Shown here: in pieces, positions 18,552 to 28,185 of the stretch
Position numbering within the stretch: position 1 is the first letter of the stretch
Layout: each line of letters starts with the position of its first letter
Assembly: GCA_963827865.1 (NCBI GenBank)
Contig: CAWHCO010000001.1
Location: 219,750-283,749, forward strand
Direction of reading: 5' to 3'
DNA length: 64,000 nucleotides
Source: an uncultured bacterium
GTDB taxonomy: Bacteria; Actinomycetota; Acidimicrobiia; Spongiisociales; UBA4744
Notes under the pieces: generated by a model
Databases searched by the model: none
What the model saw: only the letters and a program-made list of their open reading frames with translations
What the model was told of the DNA's origin: nothing
Position numbers and translations under genes: made by a program

Positions 18552-19614
18552 GAGTGTCGATCAGTCGGGTCGCGATCCGGGAAGCCGCGTCGGTGCGGGC
18601 GATGGCTCCCGCCGAACGCGCCATCGATCTCCGTGCCGAGGCGTCGCCGACAAGTCTGCCGATCACCTCTTCGAGTTCTTCCAGTCGCTCTTCGGGAAGC
18701 ATCACGGCCGCCCCGGCTCGCTGCATGGCCGTCGCGTTGGAAGTCTGATGTCCTCCACCGAAGCCGCCCGGCACGAGCACCGAGGGCGTGTGTGTTGCGG
18801 CGATCTCGGCGACGGATCCGCCTGCACGGGCGATGAGCAGATCGCTTGCTGCGTAGAAGTACTCCATCGACTCCTCGAACCCCACGACGATCCACGGTAC
18901 ACGAGAGCCGGTCGTGTCGATGCGGCTCACGTTCCGTTCCCCCGCCAGGTGGAGCAGCGCGATCTTGGGGCCGCTCCACGTCGTTGCCAGATGGGCTATC
19001 GCGTCGTTGATGGCGCCTGCGCCCAGACTGCCGCCGAACACACCAACGACGACGTTTCCCGGTTCGATCCCGTACCGGGTCAGCGCCTCATGACGAAGAT
19101 CGGATCGTCGATGCTCGGTCAGGTTTGCTCTGATCGGTGTCCCGACAAGCTCCGGTCGACGCACCCCGCGGGTGCCGTCGAAGGCGACGAAGGTGGCAAC
19201 GGCCCAACGTGACATCACCTTGTTGGCGAGTCCCGCTTCGCCGTTCTGTTCGTGCAGGAAGTACGGCACGCGCTCCTTGCGGGCTGCCCAGGCGACGGGC
19301 ACCGTCACATACGAGCCCATACCAAGGGCCACGCGGACACCACGCTCCCGGAGCTCTCCTCTCACCTGTCGGACTGCCGAGCGCAGCACGGCTGGGAGTC
19401 TGAGGTTGTCGGCCGAGAGGCTCCGCTTCAGGCTCTGGAGCTTCACACTGCAGAAAGGGAAGCCGCCGGCCGGGTACACCTTCGCTTCGAGCCTGTCGCC
19501 ACCAATGAACAGAACGTCCCTCCTCGGTACGCCCATTCGGACGAGCTCCGAGGCCACCGCGAGACCTGGATAGACGTGTCCCCCGGTCCCCGCCGCTGCG
19601 ATCGCGTAGCTCAT
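18544..19614 (-). CDS. murG: undecaprenyldiphospho-muramoylpentapeptide beta-N-acetylglucosaminyltransferase
   Basis: Canonical N-terminus MSYAIAAAGTGGHVYPGLAVA, preceded by a GGGAAGG SD. 356 aa. Confidence 0.9.
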   Translation of the reverse strand: MSYAIAAAGTGGHVYPGLAVASELVRMGVPRRDVLFIGGDRLEAKVYPAGGFPFCSVKLQSLKRSLSADNLRLPAVLRSAVRQVRGELRERGVRVALGMGSYVTVPVAWAARKERVPYFLHEQNGEAGLANKVMSRWAVATFVAFDGTRGVRRPELVGTPIRANLTEHRRSDLRHEALTRYGIEPGNVVVGVFGGSLGAGAINDAIAHLATTWSGPKIALLHLAGERNVSRIDTTGSRVPWIVVGFEESMEYFYAASDLLIARAGGSVAEIAATHTPSVLVPGGFGGGHQTSNATAMQRAGAAVMLPEERLEELEEVIGRLVGDASARRSMARSAGAIARTDAASRIATRLIDTHG

Positions 19615-20767
19615 GCCTTCCCGTTGACACCGCTTCCGCGATGTTGACCAGTACGCCGATCGCGCCGAATGCGGTGATCATCGAGCTGCCACCCACCGAC
19701 ATGAACGGGAGGGGCATGCCGGTGATGGGCAGCAGTCCTACAACACCACCCAGATTGACCAGCGCCTGCAGTGAGATCCAGGACACGATGCCGACACCGA
19801 GCATCCGTCCAAAGCGGTCCGGCGCTCGCATCGCGATCAGATAGCCGACTACCCCGATGACGGCGAACAGCAGGAGCACCATCACGCCACCGGCGAACCC
19901 GGTCTCTTCGCCGATGATCGCGAAGATGAAGTCGGTGTGGGCGTTCGGCAGATACGACCATCGAGCCCTGCTCGCACCCAAGCCGACTCCGAAAGCACCG
20001 CCGGTCCCGAGGGCGACGTAGCTCTGAACCACCTGCCAGCCACTGCCGAGTCTGTCTGCGAACGGGTCCAGGAACGCGAGGATGCGCTGTCTCCGGTAGG
20101 GCGATGCGATCGCGAGTAACCCTGCGGCGAGGGTTCCACCGGCACCTGCAAGCAGCAGGTGCCGTACGCGGGCGGCAGAGACGGCCGCTACGGCGAACGC
20201 TCCCCCGAGGATGACGAGTGCCGTACCGAGGTCCGGCTCGAGCAAAACAAGGATGCCACAGATACCGGCCGACGCCCCAAGGGGAACCAGCAGGTGCCAG
20301 ACGTCGTCGAGGAGACGCTCCTTGCGTTCGAGTACGGAGGCGAGGAACACAATGACTGCGAATTTCGCGAACTCCGAAGGCTGGATGGTGACCGGTCCGA
20401 CAGCGATCCACCGGCGTGACCCGCCGCCGACGACGCCGATCTCCAAGACGACGATCAGCCCGACGATGGACGCGATCAAGAGCGGCAGCGCTGCTCGTCT
20501 GTAGATCCTGTAGGGAATTCTGGATGCGATGATGGCGACGACGATCCCGACACCAACCCATACCGCCTGCTTGCCGAAGTATGTCCACCCGTTTCCATAC
20601 TTCTCGAGGCTCACCACCGATGATGCAGAGCGGATGGCTCCGAGGCCGATGACGGTCAGAAGCGCGATCGGGACCAGCAGGAGCACCGTGAATCGAGTGT
20701 TCGCCGAACGGCGGTACGCGACGGCCCTCTGTGCGGCTCGCGCACGAGTGATCGAGGTGACCGTCAT
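19088..20767 (-). CDS. ftsW: FtsW/SEDS-family peptidoglycan polymerase; the open frame runs about 527 nt into murG
   Basis: The SEDS core (multi-TM; PITGMPLPFMSVGGSSMI) ends near ...VLVNIAEAV at about 19640. The remaining roughly 175 codons are Arg-rich and overlap murG out of frame. A -1 shift near 19630-19640 would give ...VNGKA-TGA, coupled to the murG ATG at 19611-19614. Confidence 0.8.
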   Translation of the reverse strand: MTVTSITRARAAQRAVAYRRSANTRFTVLLLVPIALLTVIGLGAIRSASSVVSLEKYGNGWTYFGKQAVWVGVGIVVAIIASRIPYRIYRRAALPLLIASIVGLIVVLEIGVVGGGSRRWIAVGPVTIQPSEFAKFAVIVFLASVLERKERLLDDVWHLLVPLGASAGICGILVLLEPDLGTALVILGGAFAVAAVSAARVRHLLLAGAGGTLAAGLLAIASPYRRQRILAFLDPFADRLGSGWQVVQSYVALGTGGAFGVGLGASRARWSYLPNAHTDFIFAIIGEETGFAGGVMVLLLFAVIGVVGYLIAMRAPDRFGRMLGVGIVSWISLQALVNLGGVVGLLPITGMPLPFMSVGGSSMITAFGAIGVLVNIAEAVSTGRHELRDRSGGDRGTRLSRSRGGLGARPNGRTEEGRSVHWWRQARSEGVPGRRLPFLQCEAPEPEAEPLGRQPQTPSRAALGSPTGERRAPGAWCPRGPWYGLVCDGARRLGSPQGARAVLPARTERRSGTRQQGDVTLGRCHLRRLRRHPRGASTGACRDTDQSKPDRASTIRSSS

Positions 20768-22026
20768 CCCAACTCCTTTCGCTTTCGCACCATCTCGGCG
20801 AACTCGTCACCGCGCGCTGCATAGGACGGGTACATGTCCCAGCTCGTGCAACCTGGCGCGAGAAGAACGGTATCGCCCGATGTCGCGATTTCGTCGGCAA
20901 TCGCCACGGCCTCCTCCATCGAGGAAACCGTCGTGTGTGGAGTCTGTCCAGCGGCTGCAGCCAGCTCCGGAGCGCTCTCACCGATCAGTACGAGGTGGCG
21001 TACCGTTTCAACGTTCGCGACCGGGGTGAGATCGAGTCCCTTGTTGCGTCCTCCGGCGATGAGCACCACCGACGAGTAGCTCCTGGCAGAGGTGACCGCA
21101 GCGTGCGGGTTGGTCGCCTTGGAGTCATTCACCCAGAACACACCGTCCCACGTTCCGACGAGTTCTCGTCGGTGGGGACCAGTGTGGAAGTTGCGGATGA
21201 CCTTCTCGACGGCTGCAGGGACTGCCCCGGCTTCCAAAGCGGTGATGGCCGCGGCCCGGAGGTCAGCGACGAAGGCTTCATCGTCGACCGGGAAGGCGTC
21301 CGCGGAGATGTGAACGTCGCCGCGGTCGAGGCCTGCACCGCCCGAGAAGTCCACTTTCCGAACGCCCGCCCCTCTCACGAGGTGCACGACGTCGGGATCG
21401 TGGCCGTTGAAGATGAGGACGTCTCCGTTGTCCTGGTTCTCGTAGATCCTGGCTTTCGCAGCTCCGTATGCTGCAAAGCTCCGATGCCAGTCGAGATGGT
21501 CGGGGGCGAGGTTGAGCAGGACGGCCACACTTGGGTGGAACGACTCGATGAAGCGAAGCTGGAAGCTGGACGCCTCGACCGCAACTGCGTCCCACGTCCC
21601 ACCGGCAACGTCGGACAGCGCGAGACCGATGTTGCCGGCCGCGATGGCGCGAAGTCCGCTTTCCTTCAGCATGTCGGCGACGAGTGCAGTGACCGTGGTT
21701 TTTCCGTTCGTCCCGGTGATGGCGATGAGAGGTGCGTCGAGATGGCGGGAGGCGAACTCGAGTTCCGACCAGACGGGAAGTCCCTCCTCGAGCGCGTCGG
21801 TGATCGGGTCTGCACGTTCGGGTATCCCTGGACTGACCACCACGAGCTCGATGCCGATCAACAGCGATGGGTCCCAAGGACCTCCGACGGCAGAGAACCC
21901 CTCCGCGAGCGCCGACTGGACAACCGCCGGGTTCGCGTCGTAGACGGTCACTCGATATCCGATTCTCGCGGCAAGCCGGGCTGCAGCGCTGCCCGATACC
22001 GCCCCTCCGAGGACCAGCGTCCTCAT
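20764..22026 (-). CDS. murD: UDP-N-acetylmuramoylalanine--D-glutamate ligase
   Basis: Starts MRTLVLGGAVSGSAAARL; Mur ligase P-loop GTNGKTTVTA. ATG 22026 overlaps the mraY TGA (ATGA); the upstream extension is spurious. Confidence 0.9.
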   Translation of the reverse strand: MRTLVLGGAVSGSAAARLAARIGYRVTVYDANPAVVQSALAEGFSAVGGPWDPSLLIGIELVVVSPGIPERADPITDALEEGLPVWSELEFASRHLDAPLIAITGTNGKTTVTALVADMLKESGLRAIAAGNIGLALSDVAGGTWDAVAVEASSFQLRFIESFHPSVAVLLNLAPDHLDWHRSFAAYGAAKARIYENQDNGDVLIFNGHDPDVVHLVRGAGVRKVDFSGGAGLDRGDVHISADAFPVDDEAFVADLRAAAITALEAGAVPAAVEKVIRNFHTGPHRRELVGTWDGVFWVNDSKATNPHAAVTSARSYSSVVLIAGGRNKGLDLTPVANVETVRHLVLIGESAPELAAAAGQTPHTTVSSMEEAVAIADEIATSGDTVLLAPGCTSWDMYPSYAARGDEFAEMVRKRKELG

Positions 22027-23090
22027 CTGCCGACTCCCGGCAGGTCGAGCAGGCCAGAGTTGACGAAGTCGCCGTAGAAGATCGCGAGGGCGATGCCGGC
22101 GCATAGCCCGGCGATGATCCAGAACCGAACCACGACAGTGGTCTCGGGCCACCCCTTGAGATCGAAGTGGTAGTGGAATGGAGCCATCCTGAAGATCCGT
22201 CTACCGAACAAATGGAAGCTGGCGACCTGGAGTATCACCGACACCATCTCGGCCACGTAGAGCCCCCCCAGGAACAGCAGCAGTAGCTCGGTGTTGGTGA
22301 GAATCGCGAGTGCTGCCATGAGCCCTCCGAGCGCTTGAGAGCCGACGTCGCCCATGAAGACCCGAGCCGGAGCGGCGTTCCACCAGAGGAAACCGAGCGT
22401 TGCCCCGAGCATCGACGCAGACACGACAGCCATCTCGAGAGATGAGTCTGCGGTCGGGTAGAACTCGGGATGGCGGAACTTCCAGTAGCCGATCAGCACG
22501 AACGCACCGAACACGAGGGCGGCCGAGCCGGCGGCGAGTCCATCCATCCCGTCGGCAAAGTTCACGGCGTTGGCCATGCCGGAGAGCCACAACAGGACGA
22601 ACACCACGAAGAAGACCCCGAGGTCGATGTTGAGAGGCCGAGTGAACGACAACTGTGTAGAGACACCTGCCTGGGTGGCCGCCCATGCGAATGCGGCGGC
22701 GACCATCAACTGTCCCCCGAACTTGCCGGCCTTGGAGAGCCCAAGGCTTCGCTTCCTGGAGACCTTCAGGTAGTCGTCGGCGAGCCCTATGACCCCCATA
22801 CCGACGAATGCCAGGATGGCGAGCATCCCACCGATCGAGAACGGCTCGACGGAGAGATGTACCCGGTCGAGATCCCACACACGGATGTGCGAGATCAAAT
22901 AGGCGGCGAGCACCGCGCCGATCATCACGACGCCACCCATCGTGGGGGTCCCCTGCTTGTGGAAGTGACCCTCGACCTCCTCCTGAATGAACTGTCCGAT
23001 GTTGTGTTGGCGCAGCTTCCTGATGACCCACGGCATGACGAGGATGGATGCGAGGAACGCCACCCCTGCCGCCATGCCCAACCTGATCAC
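22023..23090 (-). CDS. mraY: phospho-N-acetylmuramoyl-pentapeptide transferase
   Basis: 355-aa polytopic membrane protein with NAVNFADGMDGLA and a HHHF-type region (PFHYHFDLKGW). GTGA overlap with murE. Confidence 0.95.
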   Translation of the reverse strand: MIRLGMAAGVAFLASILVMPWVIRKLRQHNIGQFIQEEVEGHFHKQGTPTMGGVVMIGAVLAAYLISHIRVWDLDRVHLSVEPFSIGGMLAILAFVGMGVIGLADDYLKVSRKRSLGLSKAGKFGGQLMVAAAFAWAATQAGVSTQLSFTRPLNIDLGVFFVVFVLLWLSGMANAVNFADGMDGLAAGSAALVFGAFVLIGYWKFRHPEFYPTADSSLEMAVVSASMLGATLGFLWWNAAPARVFMGDVGSQALGGLMAALAILTNTELLLLFLGGLYVAEMVSVILQVASFHLFGRRIFRMAPFHYHFDLKGWPETTVVVRFWIIAGLCAGIALAIFYGDFVNSGLLDLPGVGR

Positions 23091-24535
23091 TGTCTTGCCT
23101 CCAACGCGGCCCTGGCCACCTCGCGATCATCGAAGTGCACCGTCCGATCCTTGAAAGCTTGCGTCGTCTCGTGCCCTTTGCCCAGCACCAGGACGACGTC
23201 ACCTTCACTTGCGACCCGAACCGCGTTGAAGATCGCCTTCCTCCGATCGAGTTCGATGATCGGGTCACCCATCGCGATCCCCGATCTGACGGCTTCCGCG
23301 ATCACCGCGGGATCCTCGGACCTCGGATTGTCGCTCGTGACGATCACGAGGTCGGCAGCCGAGGCGGCCGTTCCCATCGCCGCCCGTTTGGACTGATCCC
23401 GATCGCCTCCGGCTCCGACCACGACGATCACTCGGCCCGGTGCCGCCATGCGTGCGGCCTCGATCACCGCCCGGATGCCATCCGGCGTGTGTGCGTAGTC
23501 GACGATCACCGAGATGGGGTGGCCGGTACTCACCACCTCGAATCTTCCTAGTACCGGCCTGATCGCTTCGAGGCCCTCGACGATGTCCTCGATCGATATG
23601 CCAACACCGAGGGCGCATCCGGTCGCGACGAGGGCGTTGGCAACATTGAAGCTTCCTCCAAGACCGAGCCGCACCGGGCACGACTGCTGTTCCGTGACGA
23701 TGGTGAAGTCGCTGTGCGACGTAGAGGTGATGACCGACTCCGCTCGTATGTCGGCTGCGGCGTCGAATCCCACTCTCATCACCGGAAGGTCAATGGTCGA
23801 CGCGAGGTGTGCGCCGTAGGGGTCGTCCGTGAAGATGACCGCTTTGTCGGCTCTCGCCGCCGAGAACAACTGCGCCTTGGCAGCGAAGTAGGTATCCATG
23901 TCCTTGTGGAAGTCGAGGTGATCCTGGGACAGGTTCGTGAATGCGACAACCTGAAAGTGGGTCCCATCGACGCGATGGAGAGCCAACGAATGTGAGGAAA
24001 CCTCCATGGCAACCAAGTCGACCGATCTCTTGCGCATCTCGGCGAAGAGCGCCTGGAGCTCGGAGGCCTCCGGGGTGGTTCGCTCCAGCGGGATGCGCTC
24101 GCCCGCGACACGTGCGCCGATCGTGCCGATAACGGCGGCGTTTCTGCCGGCCGCGGTTCCGATCGCCTCGAGGAGGTGGGTGACTGTGGTCTTGCCGTTT
24201 GTTCCGGTCACTCCTATCACCGGCACGTGCTCAGTCGGGCGCCCGTAGAGCACGGAGGAGATCGGACCGAGCGCGAGCCGAGTGTCTTCGACAACGAGTT
24301 GAGGGACGTTCACGTCGGTGAGGTGATCGACGCAGATGGCTGCAGCACCGTTGGCGATCGCATTGTCGACGTAGCTGTGCCCGTCCGCTTCGAAACCGCG
24401 AATGGCCACGAATAACGTCCCGGTCCGACACCCTCTGCTGTCGTGCGTGACGTTCAGGATCGGCACTGTGCCGTCTCCGACGACTTCACCACCGATCAAG
24501 CCGGCGAGTTCGATGAGAGTGATATCAGGGGGCAT
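23087..24535 (-). CDS. murE: UDP-N-acetylmuramoyl-L-alanyl-D-glutamate--2,6-diaminopimelate ligase
   Basis: Contains GVTGTNGKTTVTH and DYAHTPD. The DNPR motif (TSDNPRSEDP) suggests meso-DAP specificity. Confidence 0.9.
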   Translation of the reverse strand: MPPDITLIELAGLIGGEVVGDGTVPILNVTHDSRGCRTGTLFVAIRGFEADGHSYVDNAIANGAAAICVDHLTDVNVPQLVVEDTRLALGPISSVLYGRPTEHVPVIGVTGTNGKTTVTHLLEAIGTAAGRNAAVIGTIGARVAGERIPLERTTPEASELQALFAEMRKRSVDLVAMEVSSHSLALHRVDGTHFQVVAFTNLSQDHLDFHKDMDTYFAAKAQLFSAARADKAVIFTDDPYGAHLASTIDLPVMRVGFDAAADIRAESVITSTSHSDFTIVTEQQSCPVRLGLGGSFNVANALVATGCALGVGISIEDIVEGLEAIRPVLGRFEVVSTGHPISVIVDYAHTPDGIRAVIEAARMAAPGRVIVVVGAGGDRDQSKRAAMGTAASAADLVIVTSDNPRSEDPAVIAEAVRSGIAMGDPIIELDRRKAIFNAVRVASEGDVVLVLGKGHETTQAFKDRTVHFDDREVARAALEARQ

Positions 24536-26270
24536 CGGGCGGTACTCCGAGATGGTGCAGCGTATCCTCGGCTATGGCCGCAAAAGCCGGCGCAGCCACC
24601 CTGCCGCCGCTCTCCCCGATCTTCGGGGAGTCGACGACCACGCCGATGACGATCCGCGGATTTGTGGCAGGCGCCATGCCCATGAAGCTCACCACGTAGT
24701 CCTCCGAGTACTTGCCTTGCTCAGGAACGAACTTTCGTGCGGTGCCAGTCTTGCCCGCGGCTGTGTATCCGTTCACCTGCGCACCATTGCCAGTCCCTTC
24801 TCCGCTCTCGATGACGTTCCTCAATAGCGCTCGCATCGTCGCGGCAGTGTTCTGGGAGATGACGCGTCGCGTCTCAGGAGTGATCGGTCGATGAATGCCG
24901 GAACCGTCTACGAGTTCATCGACGAGGTGTGGCTGTACCCAGACGCCGTCGTTCGCGACGGCGCCATAGGCTGCGACCATCTGAAGTGGCGTCACGGCGA
25001 CCGCGTAGCCGATCGAAGCCGAAGCGAGACAGGTGGGACACGTCGGATCCAGGTTCAGGTTCCCGGGGGATTCGCCTGGAACGTCCGCACCGGTCTTCTC
25101 TCCCAAACCGAACGCATGGATGTACTGCGAGAGAAGACCGATGCCTAGCTTCTCTCCGACCTTGATCGTCCCCACGTTCGAAGACCTGGTGACGATGTCC
25201 CTGACCGTGAGGGTTTCGGCGGGATGCGACTCGGCGTCGTGGTAGCAGCCATTGATCTCGGTTCCGCTTGCACTGACACGGCCCTCGCAAGCGCCCTGCA
25301 CCACCTCGATGGTGTCCGGAACGGAGAACGTGGTTCCCGCCCCGACGATCTCCTCTTCGAGCGCAGCAGCCATCGTGATCAGCTTCTCGGTGCTTCCCGG
25401 TTCGTAGGCACCGAGTACTGCCCAGTTCGTCCAGTCATCTTCTGTAGATGCGCTCCGGTTGTTGGGGTCGAACCCCGGCACCGATGCCATCGCGAGGATC
25501 TCCCCGGTACTCGGATCGAGTACGACCGCCGTGCACCGTGCCGCTTCGCTGCGTTGCAGCGTGGCCTGGCACGCCTGCTCCGCGATGTACTGGATGTCAC
25601 GGTCGATCGTGGTGACCAGATCGCTGCCCGGAGTCGCGGGGGTAAGGTCGTATAGCCCCTGGGGAATGATGTTGCCTTCGCGATCTGTCTCGAATCGCAC
25701 CTCGCCCGGTGTCCCGGTCAGCTGCGTGTTGTAGCGAAACTCGAGACCCTCGAGTCCGTTGCCGTCAGGATCGACGAACCCAAGGACCTGTGCGGCAAGC
25801 GTGCCTTCCGGATACACGCGCATCGCCTCAGGATAAGAGTAGATACCAGGTATCGCGAGATCTTCGGCCAGTGCAGCCGTGTCGACGTCGAGTTGGCGAG
25901 CGATCGTCACCCAGCGACGATCCGACTGCAGCGTTGCGAGAACCTCCTTCTCGTCCAACCCCAGTGTGATGGCCAGGAGATGAGCCGTGGCTGCGGGATC
26001 CTGGACACGGGTGGTGTCCGCACCGATCGTCTTGCCCTCCACGGTGATCGCCAGCTCCCGTCCGTCTCGGTCGTAGATTGTGCCGCGCTCCGCAGCGAGC
26101 GTCTCGACCTTCATCCGCTGATCCATGCCGAGCTGCTTGAGGTCCGCGGCCTGCACGATCTGGAGTTGGAAGAGCCGGAATCCGATTCCCATCCACGAGA
26201 GAAGGACGATCGAGGCGACGACGATCAGACGTGCACGCCCCGGGTGGCGGCCCTTCCCCCGCCCCGCCAT
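24525..26270 (-). CDS. ftsI: penicillin-binding protein, FtsI-type class B transpeptidase
   Basis: N-terminal TM anchor, dimerisation domain, and transpeptidase motifs STEK-like (GSTEK), SSN (RSSNVG) and KTGT (AGKTGTA). Confidence 0.9.
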   Translation of the reverse strand: MAGRGKGRHPGRARLIVVASIVLLSWMGIGFRLFQLQIVQAADLKQLGMDQRMKVETLAAERGTIYDRDGRELAITVEGKTIGADTTRVQDPAATAHLLAITLGLDEKEVLATLQSDRRWVTIARQLDVDTAALAEDLAIPGIYSYPEAMRVYPEGTLAAQVLGFVDPDGNGLEGLEFRYNTQLTGTPGEVRFETDREGNIIPQGLYDLTPATPGSDLVTTIDRDIQYIAEQACQATLQRSEAARCTAVVLDPSTGEILAMASVPGFDPNNRSASTEDDWTNWAVLGAYEPGSTEKLITMAAALEEEIVGAGTTFSVPDTIEVVQGACEGRVSASGTEINGCYHDAESHPAETLTVRDIVTRSSNVGTIKVGEKLGIGLLSQYIHAFGLGEKTGADVPGESPGNLNLDPTCPTCLASASIGYAVAVTPLQMVAAYGAVANDGVWVQPHLVDELVDGSGIHRPITPETRRVISQNTAATMRALLRNVIESGEGTGNGAQVNGYTAAGKTGTARKFVPEQGKYSEDYVVSFMGMAPATNPRIVIGVVVDSPKIGESGGRVAAPAFAAIAEDTLHHLGVPPDAP

Positions 26271-26326
26271 GAGCTAACCCCGTGGCCGAGCGACCACGGA
26301 ACGACCCGCAAGACGTCGGCTCCCCG

Positions 26327-26728
26327 TCATGGCGCTGCCGTGAGAATCGACTTCACGTCGGCGAAACGGTCGCCTTCGGCGGGGGCCGCGTCTCCTACAC
26401 CGTCTGCGATGAGGATCTGGAGACTGCCCGGGTACACCAAGCCCAGCTCGTCCGCCCTCGACATGATCCGATCGGGCGACTGCAGCTCAGCGACCTCGAG
26501 GCGCAGCTGCTGATAGTGCGCCTGCTCGGCTTCGATTTGCGTTCGAAGGTCGCTCAACTCCAGCGCCGGCTTGTCCAGCGCAACCCTCGAGAGGATCAAT
26601 GCGAAGAAGAGAAGGATCGCGACGGCCGTGAAGACCAGCCAGGTTCCGAGCGTTGGACGCATCCGCTGGCCGCCGCGAATGACCTTGAGCCGGCGGCCGC
26701 CCTGAACAGGTACCGGTCGGGCAGTCAT
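26327..26728 (-). CDS. ftsL: FtsL/septum-formation-initiator-like bitopic protein
   Basis: Basic N-terminus, a single TM (LVFTAVAILLFFALIL), then a coiled coil. Conserved slot between rsmH and ftsI; ATGA overlap with rsmH. Confidence 0.6.
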   Translation of the reverse strand: MTARPVPVQGGRRLKVIRGGQRMRPTLGTWLVFTAVAILLFFALILSRVALDKPALELSDLRTQIEAEQAHYQQLRLEVAELQSPDRIMSRADELGLVYPGSLQILIADGVGDAAPAEGDRFADVKSILTAAP

Positions 26729-27627
26729 GCCGCCACCTTCTCTGCCGCTCGCAGCTTGGCGCTCCGTGCCCTCGGGTTGCGCGCCACCTCTTCCTCAGAG
26801 GGTGTCATGGGTCTCCTGGTGAGAATCCGGATCTCGGCCGTTCTGCCACAGCCGCACACCGGCAGGTCTGGTGGGCACACACAGCCTTCCGCCCCCATCG
26901 CGAACCGCTGCTTGACGATGCGGTCCTCGAGGGAGTGGTAGGAGATCACCACGCACCGCCCTCCGACAACGAGGGCGTCGATCGCTGCATCGAGTCCGGT
27001 CTCCAATGCTTCGAGCTCCTCATTGACGGCGATACGGAGCGCCTGGAACGCCCTCCTTGCCGGATGGCCGCCCGTACGGCGGGTCGCGGCGGGCACGGCC
27101 TCCTTCACCACGTCGGCCAGGTGGATGGTGTCTCGGATCGGTCGGGCACATACGATCGACTTCGCGATGCGTTCCGCGAAGCGTTCTTCGCCGTACTGGC
27201 GCAACACACGAGCAAGAGAGGCTTCGCCCCACTCGTTGACGATCGTTCCAGCCCCGACGACGGCGTCCGGCCCCATGCGCATATCGAGGGGACCTGTCAG
27301 GCGGTAGGAGAAGCCTCGCTCGGCTTCGTCGAGCTGATGCGAAGAGACACCGAGATCGAACAGCACTCCGGCGACCTCGCCAGCGTCGACCTCGTCCAGC
27401 ACCGAACTCAAGTCGCGGAAGTTGCGGTGATGAACGGCTTCGTCGTCCACATCGGCATCACGGTCCAAGGCGATGAGGTCCCGCCCCAGATCGTTCGACA
27501 GCGCTCTGCTGTGACCACCGCCGCCGTAGGTTGCATCGACGATCGCTCCGTCGGGAATGGGACGAAACAGATCGACTACCTCGTCAACCATGACCGGGTT
27601 GTGGTAAGTATCGGGTGTCTGGTCCAT
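26725..27627 (-). CDS. rsmH: 16S rRNA (cytosine1402-N4)-methyltransferase
   Basis: Contains HNPVMVDEVVDLF, DATYGGGGHS, DLGVSSHQLD and SYHSLEDRIVK. ATG 27627 preferred over the track start at 27711. Confidence 0.9.
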   Translation of the reverse strand: MDQTPDTYHNPVMVDEVVDLFRPIPDGAIVDATYGGGGHSRALSNDLGRDLIALDRDADVDDEAVHHRNFRDLSSVLDEVDAGEVAGVLFDLGVSSHQLDEAERGFSYRLTGPLDMRMGPDAVVGAGTIVNEWGEASLARVLRQYGEERFAERIAKSIVCARPIRDTIHLADVVKEAVPAATRRTGGHPARRAFQALRIAVNEELEALETGLDAAIDALVVGGRCVVISYHSLEDRIVKQRFAMGAEGCVCPPDLPVCGCGRTAEIRILTRRPMTPSEEEVARNPRARSAKLRAAEKVAA

Positions 27628-27720
27628 TGCCAGCCCCCCGGGCGCTGGCACCAATGGGAAGCGGGCGGAGTAAGGGGCTTTCCTCATGGTTCCGGGGGGC
27701 TGGCAATACACCAGGCAGGA

Positions 27721-28152
27721 TCACATACCTTCGATACCGAACTCCTCCCCGATGTTCGCCAGGTACTCGTCGGCTCCCGACGAGAGGTCCTCCCAACTGC
27801 CTTCATTCCAGATTTCGATGCGGTCAAGCACTCCGACCACCACCGCCTCACGATCGAGGCCGGCGTAGGTGCGAAGGTGCTCCGGCAGCATGACTCGCCC
27901 CTGCTTGTCCGGGACCACTTCCTTCGCACCAGAGAGGTAGGAGCGAAGGTAGGAGCGAACCTTCTTGTTCGTGCGGGGCAGGCGGTTCAATTTCTCCACC
28001 TCTTCTTCCCATCGGGAGAGAGGGAAGACGTAGAGGCACTTCTCCTGCCCCTTGGTAACGACACAGCCATCGGCGAAGTCGTCGCGGACATCGGCGGGCA
28101 GCACGATTCGCCCCTTCGGGTCGAGGGTGTGCCGGTATTCACCGAGGAACAC
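27721..28152 (-). CDS. mraZ: transcriptional regulator MraZ
   Basis: Starts FLGEYRHTLDPKGRIVLPA, followed by the second SpoVT/AbrB-like repeat. GTG 28152 has a GGAG SD 8 nt upstream. The track start ATG 28221 falls on the first base of the predicted -35 box. Confidence 0.85.
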   Translation of the reverse strand: MFLGEYRHTLDPKGRIVLPADVRDDFADGCVVTKGQEKCLYVFPLSRWEEEVEKLNRLPRTNKKVRSYLRSYLSGAKEVVPDKQGRVMLPEHLRTYAGLDREAVVVGVLDRIEIWNEGSWEDLSSGADEYLANIGEEFGIEGM

Positions 28153-28185
28153 GGCTGATTCTCCGACAATTGCATCTGCGATCCT

